A DNA stretch of 63,709 nt, filler included, from Reclinomonas americana ATCC 50394 (Eukaryota): NCBI GenBank assembly GCA_048213135.1. It is 10 parts of 10 records of this genome, joined end to end, with 100 filler letters (N's around TTAATTAATTAA, not from the genome) between each part and the next. Parts side by side here need not be neighbours in the genome. Positions count along the whole stretch, not along the records: positions 49,955 to 57,533 come from AFZH01017145.1; positions 57,634 to 61,062 come from AFZH01017147.1; positions 61,163 to 63,709 come from AFZH01017149.1; 7 more parts are not named here. One strand, given 5' to 3'. The notes under the pieces were generated by a model. It was not told the DNA's origin. It worked only from the letters and a program-made list of their open reading frames with translations, and did no database searches. The position numbers were made by a program, and so were the translations under genes. Position 1 is the stretch's first letter. Each line of letters opens with the position of its first letter. Positions 50,768 to 61,399 of this stretch are shown one piece after another.

Positions 50768-52280
50768 ATGTCGGCACTCCTCATGCGGCTGGGTGGGAGC
50801 GCCGTCACAAGTGGCGAACAATCGCTTCTCGCACTCTTCTCGCAGTCACGAGCAGCGACAGCCGACTTCTCGTTCCACACACGCACTCTTCTGGCGCCGC
50901 AGCAGTCGCGCCCATCGGCTGACATTGGCGACTTTGCCTCGGTGGCCACGTTGTTAATGGACACACCGGGTGACAAACGACTCAATGATCATCTCTCTGT
51001 TGCGCGCAGTGATCACACACTGACACACACACACTCTCTCGCATGCTCGTGATCGCTCACCTGCTCTTTCCCTCCCTCTCCCTCTCTGTGAGTAGACCTG
51101 GCGACTACACGGCTTGCTTCACAATGGTCAGCGTTCGTCCAAAATCCACACACACTGAGATGCTCTGAAACTCACTCTGTTCTCTCTCTCTCTCTCGCGC
51201 GCGCAGGGGGCATCAATCGCGCTGTGCATGTTTCCGCCACGGCACGACCCTCGCTGTCGCCATCCTCGCCGTCATGTCACTTTGTGTGTCTGGAGTCGGG
51301 TCTCATGTCGCCGCGGTACTGGGTGTACATGCCGCCGGCGGTGGCGCGCGACCCGGAGCACACGCGACTGACGGCGCACGCAGTCATAGACTATGTCACA
51401 CAGAGGCATCCTTGGTCGATGGTCGAGCGCGGCTTTCTCAGCGAGCGTGGTGCGCACGCCATCGTTTCCCGCTGTGGTGGCTCGTGTGACTGACTGTGAT
51501 GCATGATCACAGACTTGGAGCAGCTGTGTGTGCGTCATGCGCCGTCGGAGGTGCTGCCACACTTGCCGCCCATCTCGTTCATGTGGATGGAGGAGCCGCT
51601 GGCGTCGGCTGTGCGAGCGGCGGCCGTGACGCGGCTGCCGACGCATCACGTACCGTCAGCTCTTTTTTCCGAAGACATTGTCGTGCCACACGACTCCAAG
51701 CTGCAGGCCCCCGACCAGATCGACAGGCATCTGTTCACCGAGCCAGCCCCGTTGCACGTTGACGACTGGAGAAAAGTCAATGACAACTGGGTGCGCCACA
51801 CGTGCACTGCTGTCTTGAATCCTGCACCTGTTGGTGTTCTCATCTCTTGCCTGGCACGCACAGCCGTATCGCAATCCCAGCTCACCGGCACTGATCCGTC
51901 ACCTAATTAATCGCGGACCAACGTCGAGCATGCGCCTGAAGGCGACCAACGAGCTGGTTGCATACGTGCTTCACCAGTTGCGTTCGAAGTCTCATCCATT
52001 TTTTTGCCACTCTCTCTGTTTCTGTGCCGCTTACCACACATATGTACGCAGAGTGGACAACACCGTGGGCATGCTACACGTGGAGCCAGCGTACCGGCGC
52101 AATGGCGTCGGCACAGCGGTGCTCTGCGCGCTGTGCGATCACGTACGAAGTGCACAAGGCAAGGCCTTCTTCGCCGTGCAACGCGACAATGCCGCCATGT
52201 TTACGCTGATCGAGCCTCTCGGATTCGCCCGCACCGGTGTAATACGCATGCTCTTTGAGCTCGCGCCCAAAGCGCCATGA
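50768..52280 (+). CDS. GNAT acyltransferase (GLYAT/FR47-like) copy 4, no PTS1
   Basis: DWRKVNDNWPY, QVDNTVGMLHVEPAYRRNGVG, NAAMFTL..LGF; ends APKAP; shares intron positions with copies 2-3. Confidence 0.82.
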
Positions 52281-52535
52281 ATTGTTTAAAAAAAGTGCCA
52301 ATGTTTATGTCCTCGTCCTCCTGTATCACTCGTCTCGCCGGCGTTGGTGCGTCAAGACCGTCACTCCTCACTGTCTCTCTCTCTCTTTGTGCACTCAGTT
52401 GCACGTGCAATGCACCACCTCACTGCCTGTGTGTGTGTGTGCGTGCGTGTGTGCGTGTGTGTTGTTCTCGCCATGGCACATCGCATGCACACTCACCCCC
52501 CCTCTCTCTCTCCCTCTCCCTCTCAGAACAGAAAC

Positions 52536-54973
52536 ATGATCCGCCTGACGGCGATTGCCTACTTTGTGGTCACTCTAGGCTCCACCTACGGCCTCTTCTA
52601 CCTGGGCTGGCTGGGTGCATGGTGCACTCTGCTCTCACTTGCCACCTGGATCGCGCTCGCTGTGTGGGTCGCTGCTCCGTACCGCAACCGCGATGGTGAA
52701 GTGGTGCATGTGGGCGGCTCGGTGCCACCCAAGAAGGCCTGGAACCCGCTGCGCCTGCGCACCAAGTTCCACTCGTCCAAGCTGCCAAAGGATGTCGATG
52801 TGGTGGTCGTTGGAGGCGGCATGTCGGGATTGACCACGGCGGCGATTCTGGCGCGCTCCGGCAACCGTGTGGTGGTACTCGAGCAGCATGCGACTACAGT
52901 CGGCGGCGGGTGAGTTGTCTCTCGCTTGTTTCCACTTTTTTTTCGCTGACTTCTCACACTCGTGACGTGTTTTTCCGATGGCGCTTTGCAGCTCGCACAT
53001 GTTTGAGCTTGGCGCCAACTACAAGTACGACTCGGGTCTGCACTACACGGTGCCGTGGCACGGCCCGCTGTTCCATGTTGCGTCGGCGGTGGTGCTGGGA
53101 GGCGAGGTTGTGCCGGTGCTGACTGCGATCTGCAGGTGTCGATTGGCCACAACCCCGTCCAGCTCGAGCTGATGGGTCAAGATGATCCGCTCGGCATCTA
53201 CGACAAGGTGTACCTCGGCGACTCGTCGACCCCGTTCAATATTCGTCCGAAGGAGGCCCACATCCCCGACCTGATGAACCAGTTCCCGCACGAGCGCGAG
53301 GCTCTGGAGCGCTACATGAGCGTCTCCACCTCGTTCATGAAGACCACCTTCCTCTTCTTCATGTGCAAGGCCTTCCCCGTGTGGCTGCAGCGCCCCTTCT
53401 GGAAGCTCTTCCTTGGCGGTTTCGAGTACTGGGCCTCCAAGACCGGTGAGTGTGTGTGTGTGTGCATGCACAGAGGGAGTTTTCTCCCACTCACGCACTT
53501 GTCGTGCAGCGACTGAGGGTCTGGCCGACCCCAAGATCGGCATCAAGGATCCGCGTGTGGTGGCCATCATCAACGCTCTGTGGCTGGACACTGGCGCTCC
53601 GCCGGACACCTGCTCGTTCTTCCTGGCCACCTCGGTCTTCCGCGGCTTCCCGCGCTATGGTGGATACTACCCGCGTGGTGGATCGGAGAGCATGGCGGCG
53701 GCCCTGGTGCCGGTGATTGAGGATGCTGGCGGTGCAGTGTTCTGCGCGGCTCGCGTCGACGAGATCATTGTGGATGAGAGCAACCGCGCCACTGGCGTGC
53801 GCATCGAGGGCACCACCATCAACGCCCGCAAGTACATTGTCAGCTCGGCTGGATACCACGTGACCTTCCGCAACCTCGTGCGCCGTGCCGTCATTGAGCG
53901 CAACAAGATTCCACTGAAGCTGCCGGGCTGCGACGACGGACCTGGCATGGTCATGATCAACGCCGGTTTCCGTGGTTCGGAGAAGAGCTTGAAGCTCGCC
54001 AACGCCAACGTGTGGCACTACCCCACCACACCCGACGGCGACATGGTGGCGCCGTTGCGCCGGTGAGTTTGTTTCCTTGATAGAAACGAAACATGTGTGA
54101 TACACGCTGTCTCACACCTGTAGTGGCGCAGATTCATGGACTCGGCGGACCCGCTGCGCGAGCGACCTGTGGAGTTCCCACCCGTCATGATCACCTTCCC
54201 CTCCATCAAGGACCGCGACTGGGCCACGCACCACCCCGACAAGACCACGGTGCAGATTTTGATCCCCGCCCGCTACGAATGGTTCCTCAAGTGGAAGGAC
54301 GAGACGCCGGAGGTGAGCGACAACAGGCGACGGATCTGCGTGCTGGTGTGTTTGGTGACTCAATCTTTCGTATTGCACAGCACCGCGGTGCCGAGTACGA
54401 GGCCGTCAAGCGCGAGTGGCGTGACTGGGGTCTGGCCGTGCTGTACAAGCACTTCCCGCAGCTCCGCGACGCCGAGGACTTTGTTGCGTCGCCGCCGCCG
54501 TCACCACTACTTCAGTGTCGACCACCTCGCAACTGAATTGTTTGATGTGCCTCTGCAGGTCGATGTGTCGACTCCGCTGAGCATCCAGAACTGGCTGGGC
54601 GCGTCGAAGGGCACGCCCATTGGCCTCAACCCGTCACCTGAGCGCTTCTGGTACGTCTGCTTTAGTTCTCCGCTACGCACAATTTGCGTCTCCTCTCTGT
54701 GTCGCTCACCCCGCTCGCGTGTGAGCAGCAAGTGGGAGGTCATGGAGCGCCTCGACTGCAAGACGCCGATCGAGAATCTGTGGATGACTGGCCAGGACAC
54801 GCTGTTGATGGGAGTGACAATGGCGCAGGTGAAGTGCAGTCAGACGGAAGTGCGCGCGCGCTCTCTCCCCACGTGTCTCACGTCCCTCGCAGGCCACCGG
54901 TGTCATTACTGCCTTCCGCATGCTCGGACTGTTTGCGACCTTCAAGTACATTTTGCGCAACGTCTTCTGCTGA
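52536..54973 (+). CDS. RETSAT: Retinol saturase / carotenoid oxidoreductase family FAD enzyme
   Basis: N-terminal TM, DVVVVGGGMSGL..VVVLEQH, YDSGLHY, GGYYPRGGSE, TFPSIKD, STPLS and TPIENLWMTGQD. Confidence 0.85.
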
Positions 54974-55068
54974 ACCCCGTTCCTGTGGACGTGGAGGTTG
55001 TTTCGTACTTGTTTTTTTGATATCTTTCTTTCTTCCAACAAAATGTAGGCACTCAGTGTTATTCTTCT

Positions 55069-56331
55069 TTATTTGTGTTTTTCGTGCAATTCCACCGTCT
55101 CCCATTCCCGCGGCGCCGCCTCCATGTCCACATCACCAGGCGCCGCCGGTAATGGCTTCTGCAGCACGAGTGTGGTGAATAAGCTGATCAAGTCCATTTG
55201 CTCCTTGCGGATCTTGTGGCCGGTGTTTTTCGGAAACACATTGAAGCCGTGCAGCAGGTCGCCATGCACCGTCTGATGGTCCTCGTAGAACTCCTCAAAG
55301 TTGGTGATCTCCACCACGCGCAGGCCCACCTCCCGACACAATCTGCGCTCGACATGAGTCGACGGTGCGGAAATGGTGGAGGGGGAGAGAGTGCGCGTAC
55401 GAAACTGAAACAAGGCCGGAAAGTTGACGAGGTACTCGACCTGCGTGTCCGTCTCGCCGTTCACATTCAGATCCATGGCCACCCCGAAGGCGGCAAAATC
55501 ACCACTGGCATCCACCGCACCCGCGTCGGCCCGCACCAGCAGCGAGAACAAGTCGTTTTGGATGCGCAGGTCGCGCTTCTGGTGAATCAGCTCCAGCCTG
55601 CGCATGCTTAGTGAGCCGACCCTTCCACTCATATCTCCTCCTCCCAGTGACACACCAGATGCGCGACGAGTCGGCACAGTAGCCGAAAAAGTAGCCACCG
55701 GGTTTCAACAGGCCGGCCACATTCTGCAGAATCGCACGCGCCATCGCCTCCGACGCAAAGGCGTGACTGACACTGCGGAAGGCGGCAACCACATCGCACT
55801 GTGCACTCAAGTGCGGCGCCACCTCACTGATCATCGCCTCCTGCCAGCAAATCAACGTCAACAGTTGTCTCTCTGTCGCACACAAACATGCGCGCGCTCA
55901 CATTGGTTGGCTCGCACACGATGAACTCGGCGGGGAATGGTCTCTTGCGTTGCTCCCACACATGCTCGGCCTCCTCTGCAAACACAGTCGCCGGATGTAT
56001 TCTCTCGAGTCAAAGACACACAATGAATGCATCAATCAATCATCAATCATCATCCATCAACACAACAACAACAAGGATATCAATGCCGATGTAGCGCCCG
56101 ATGCGTCGACGATGCCACTTGCCAATCTCCATACCGGGTCCACAGTTGAGCTCACACAGTGTGGCACCCGGGTCGATTAGGTGTGTTGCCAGTGACTGCA
56201 ACACATGCACAGACACTCAGTTGCCCTCTCTCTTTGTCTTGTGCATCCCACACACACACACACACAGAGTGAACCTCCTTGATCCAGCTCTCCACACCGC
56301 GGAACTGGTACGCTTGCGTCTTGAGCGCCAT
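55069..56331 (-). CDS. mRNA cap guanine-N7 methyltransferase family protein
   Basis: SWIK, ELNCGPGMEIGKW..YIGID, AFASEAMARAILQNVAGLLKPGGYFFG, EYLVNFPAL, NFEEFYED. Confidence 0.85.
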
Positions 56332-56437
56332 TCTCACAAAGAAGCAAACAAACAGGACACACTGCTCGTGCGGTTCATTTCCTTCGTGAGGATTCTCATC
56401 GCCTTCCGATGGACGATGGATGCATGCGAATTCACGC

Positions 56438-57468
56438 CTATGCTGTGGCGCCTCCGGTTGGCGGAAGAGGAGGTACAAGCACGTCGATTTCCTCCAGGTC
56501 GTACAGCGAAAAGATCTTGATGTTGTCAAAGAGTGGGCTGGCGAGTGCTTGCTTGAAATCCTGTGCACTTGGCGCATGAGCAAGCAGCGTGCGTGCGTAC
56601 GTGTTGTGGCAAACTGAGCGACGCAACAGCGAGTTTGGCTCTGTCGCGCGTTCGATCGACGAGGTACACGGCGGCGACCACGTGAATGTTGTACTCGTCG
56701 CGGAGAATGCGAATGCCGTCGAGCAGCGACGTACCCGTCGACAGCGCATCGTCGACCCACACGGCCTTCAGTGGCGGAGAATGCGGGTTGCGAGTGGTGA
56801 ACTGGTTCGGCCCCTCCAGTTGCTGACAGGTGCCTGCTCAACGGTGGGTTGAGTGGCAGCGGCGGACACACACACATACAGTATCGCAGCAGCAATGCAC
56901 CAGTTGTCTTGCGCTCCTTTCGCATGTAGCAAAAGTCCATCCACTGATTCAACGGAGACCGTGCCGAGGCCAGCTGACTGACGATCATCTACCAGTTGTC
57001 AGAAGGGTGAGCCAGGCTGGGGCAAGAGAGTGGCGAGGAAGAATTCGCGAATTGCTCAACTCCGCCCGACACCTCCATGCCCACACACAACACCGGCTGC
57101 TTACTCAATCGCTGCTGTCGCAGGTACTCGCGCACAGGACCATTGAGGCACTCCACAAACGCGTCAATCACCAGTGGCGCCGTTTCCTTATCCACAAAGT
57201 TGGTCGATGCATTCAAGTAATCTGCACACACACACACATACATGACTGACTGGTGAGGAGACTCTGCCTCTCACAGCAGCACGCAACAAGGCAAGATGAG
57301 GCCACTGGTGGCCTTCCACGGGCCCATCTTTACATTGCGCGCAATTGCTGTCCGCAGAGTCGCATAAGCTGCGGAGGCGCGAAGTGCATTCGCCAGTCCA
57401 TATGTGGCCAGAGAGGTTGACTGTCGTGCTCTGGCCGCACGCTCTGCTGGTGTTGCCTCAGTCGGCAT
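56438..57468 (-). CDS. Orotate phosphoribosyltransferase-like (type I PRTase), stand-alone
   Basis: SGLILPYYLN, VGMEVSGG, RKERKTTG loop, PRPP motif VWVDDALSTGTS, VYLVDR; start codon uncertain (close to contig end). Confidence 0.8.
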
Positions 57469-57633
57469 TCGTGATTCGATTGTCCCGGTGGATCGCGCGA
57501 GCGTGTCTGTCACACCAGCAAACTGTCCACGGTNNNNNNNNNNNNNNNNNNNNNNNNNNNNNNNNNNNNNNNNNNNNTTAATTAATTAANNNNNNNNNNN
57601 NNNNNNNNNNNNNNNNNNNNNNNNNNNNNNNNN

Positions 57634-60600
57634 GCAAGGCGTGAGGAAGAATAGAAAGCAAGGCGCGTCAACAACCACACACACGCACCTCTGCCAGGAT
57701 TTCCATCTTGCGCTCCAGCGTCGGCAACCACCTCTGCATGAGATGCACATTCTGCAGCAGCACCCAGCCACCGTCACGAGCGCATCGATCCATGGCCTGC
57801 GCCGGTGTGTGAGATTCTAGCAACAATGACTGATTCGTCTCACGCAAACGCAACAGCATTGGCGATATCCTCTTGACCCTGTCCCATGGACACGTTGACG
57901 AACTTGCGGTTCTCCTCCATGAAGCCCATCTTGCGACCGAGCGCCTCAATATCCTTGACAGGATCGGCACCAGGGAACAAGATGAAGAAGAGCGGCGTGC
58001 CGGGACCACTCTCAAAGAAGGTGGCCTCGAGTGAGAACGGCACCTATGTGATGATGATGAGTTGACACACACACACAACAAAGGAGGAAACATTACAACA
58101 AACCTGTTCGGCAAATTCATCGCCGAGGTTCTCCGCCGCGAACAAGCGAGTAGCCGCTGTGACACGGTCGGGCCGCAGCGCGCGCAAAATCAACAGTCGT
58201 TGGAATGATGCGGCATTCTTCCACTCGCCCGGCATCTTCTCGATTTCGGGTTGATCGGACTCGGCCCACTCCTTCCAGCGCTTGGCAGCACCCTCAATGT
58301 CGTCTGGCAACTTGGCGAATGCTTCCAATTGCTGTTGGATTTTTCCCCCCACGGCCGACAACCATTTAGCACGTGTACGCATGACAATCCACGTCAAGAT
58401 GCGTCACACAAATAAATCAAACCTTCAGGGCCTGCAGGCCGAACCAACCAGCGTCGGGCAGCCACTCCTGCAGTGGATTCGCCGACCCGGTATCGATCTT
58501 GCTGCCACGAGTGAGGTACTCCAGCTCGTCAACGCGGATCCTTCTCTCTTGCACCAGGATGAGGAAGCAGAGTTGCGCGGTGAAGATGAGCTTGTGCTTC
58601 TCGAAGAGACCACGGCGGGCGTAGTTGAACACCGAGAAGGTGATGGACTTGAGCAGGTTGAGCATGCGCTCCTTGAGCACGTCGTGCGGCGTGGCTTGGT
58701 CGATAGCACGCGAGAAGACAACTTCGAAGGCGCCGAGTGAGAACTGGTACATGCTCTCGATGCGGTTGAGCGAGTCGAGCAGGAAGTACAGCAGCGAGCC
58801 ACGAGCAGCCACAGGTCTACGTGCACGGAACACCGCGTGGTGGTGAGTCAACAATACGCAGGAGAAAGAAGGTCCACCTCATTCGTGACGCACCGGTACT
58901 CTTCACGAGCGCGATTAATGTTGACCTCGGTGACCTTGGCGATTTCGACCTTTTCGGCAATATCGAGTGCCGTGACCTTGGTCTGCTCCAAATTCTCAAT
59001 GAGCTCCACGTCTTCGAGAATGTCGCCCTCGGCGTTCGACAGCCTGCGCGCGTCGAGTATCACGAGTGAGCGGAAAGAAAGATCGAGTTTGACAAAAGAG
59101 GGGAACGAGGCACGCACTTGTTCAGCACGTTCTCCTCGAGCTGCTTGAGGCGAATCTTGAACTCGTTCTGCTGCTCAATGAGCGCGGCCTTTTGCTGCTC
59201 GAGATCCGGACGCTCCTTGCGCACGACAAGCGCCAGCAGCTGCTCCTCCAGACCGCTTTCCGTGACCATGAAGTTGATGATGGTGCACTCGGCTTGCAGC
59301 TCGGGCTGGTAATGCGGATTGCTGAGCTTGGTGTGCAGGAACAGGCGGAACTTCTTGTGGTAGTAGACTTCCTTCTCGCCCAGCGTCACATAATTGTCGT
59401 GACCGCGCTTGACCGTGCGACGGCCGACCACTGGCGCCAGAATGGCGTCCACAGTCTCGCCAATGTTCTCAATCAGCACCGGGTCGCCATTCTCAATGGC
59501 GCGCTCCAGCACGTCCAACATCGTCTTCTGACCGAGACGGATGACCTGCGCAGAGAGAAATCCACATCGTCAGTCTCAGTCTGCAACTATACGGGATACT
59601 AGTGCAGAGAGAGAGAGACATCACCTTCAAGTTGTTGCGCTCCTCGCGTGTCTTGATCCACGTGATACCCTGCAGCTGCGGATCAATGATCAGCGGCCAG
59701 CGGAGGCAATTCGTCATGATGGTGCCGTTCTCGGTGGAGACACGATCGGCGGGCAGTTTCTGCGCGATGCACACACACACACACACACGTCAACACAAAA
59801 ACACAGCACATCCCACGCGCTCTTTTATGCTCACGCACCTCATTGCTCCACCCGGCAATGGTGGCGTCGTCGACAAGCATGGCAATCGGGTCCTTGTTCT
59901 CACCCATGGGGATTTGCAACTCGTCGAGCTTCGGCACCCAGCGCTCTTGCACGAGGAACTTGCGCAGACGCATGTTGAACGGACCAATGTACGACAGGAA
60001 GGCGGCGGACAGCAACACATCGCCGACGAGCAGGTTGAGCCGGAGGCGCAGGGCATTCACGCCCTCCTTCCAGCGCACCTTCTCAGAGGCGAGAGCGCGC
60101 ACCAAACGCTGCGCGAGGTTCAATTTCTGCACAGACATCAACCAGTCAGTCTTGATTACTCCAACTCGTTGTCGAGAAGAAAGATGCATACCCTGCTCGT
60201 GGCCTCGGCCTCCATGACGACACGAATCTTCTCATTGTTGGCCTCCTCGAACTGGGCACGCAGGTGGGCCAGCTTCTCCTCGAGGGCACGCAGCTTGCGA
60301 CGCAAAGCGTCCATCTTCGCGTTGGCCTCTTCGAGACGGCGACTGGCCTCGGCCAAGGCAACACGCTTCGGCTCGACTTCGCAGTGAATGCGGTAGTAGC
60401 CACAGATGTTGATGACCCACTCGCAAATACCTGGGCGACACACATACACACACGTGTAAGAGCGCAAGCACACGACGTACACAAACGCACATGCACAGTG
60501 GGGGAAAAGTAAAGAGACGCACCGGCAGCGGCAGCCGACTTGCTCTTGATGACCTCGCCAGTGAAACCCGGGTCCTGCAAGTACGGGTCCAGCACCTTCA

Positions 60601-61000
60601 GATGCGTCTCGGGGATGAAGGTCTTGTCGAAGGTCTGCAACAGACGCAAGAAGGCGTCGACGTTGCCCATGAACTTTTGCGCGGCTCCCCAGCTGCGATC
60701 CTTCATGACAGCCTTCGGAGGCGACAGCAACACCAGCACAGCCGCCATGACACCCTTGACCTCGGCAGGCGGGTTGTTGAAGGCCTTCATTTCGGACAAG
60801 TTGTTCTTGTTCAGCGTGTTCAGCGCAGCCTCGGCAGCACGCACTGTAGATGTGTTAGCAATCATCTCTTTCCGCATGTGCAGCCTAAATGAAGTGCAGC
60901 TCACCAGCGGGCTCGGCGCGCTTCAGCTCTTCATCGGCTTCCGCTTGCACTTGTCCGACTTCGCGCTGAATGGCCTCGGCCTTGCGCGCCTCCTCCTGGG
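57634..61000 (-). CDS. Axonemal dynein heavy chain fragment (stalk, AAA5, AAA6), outer-arm beta-like
   Basis: [94 protein letters not shown]. Confidence 0.95.
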
Positions 61001-61269
61001 CACTGTTCGTGACACACACATGGATGAGCACACACACACACACACATCAAGTAGCCACCATCNNNNNNNNNNNNNNNNNNNNNNNNNNNNNNNNNNNNNN
61101 NNNNNNTTAATTAATTAANNNNNNNNNNNNNNNNNNNNNNNNNNNNNNNNNNNNNNNNNNNNACCGGTACCGTACCGTACCGTACCGTACCGTACCGACC
61201 GGTACCGGTACCGGACCGACCGACGTACGTACGTACGTACGTACTACGTACTACACACACGACGACGAC

Positions 61270-61270
<1 letters not shown>

Positions 61271-61350
<80 letters not shown>
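61271..61350. repeat. (CA)n microsatellite
   Basis: About 80 nt of uninterrupted CA repeats in a dynein intron at the contig end. Confidence 0.95.
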
Positions 61351-61352
<2 letters not shown>

Positions 61353-61399
61353 CCGTCAGTCGCCAAGATGGAAACCGGTGCTGTGTATCGCAGAGACGC

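Noticed and set aside
61163..61270. (GTACC)n/(GTAC)n/(GAC)n run resembling a telomere or novel satellite
   Set aside because: Lies at a contig end directly after a long (CA)n and decays into TACG-cyclic sequence, typical of pyrosequencing phase-loss noise.
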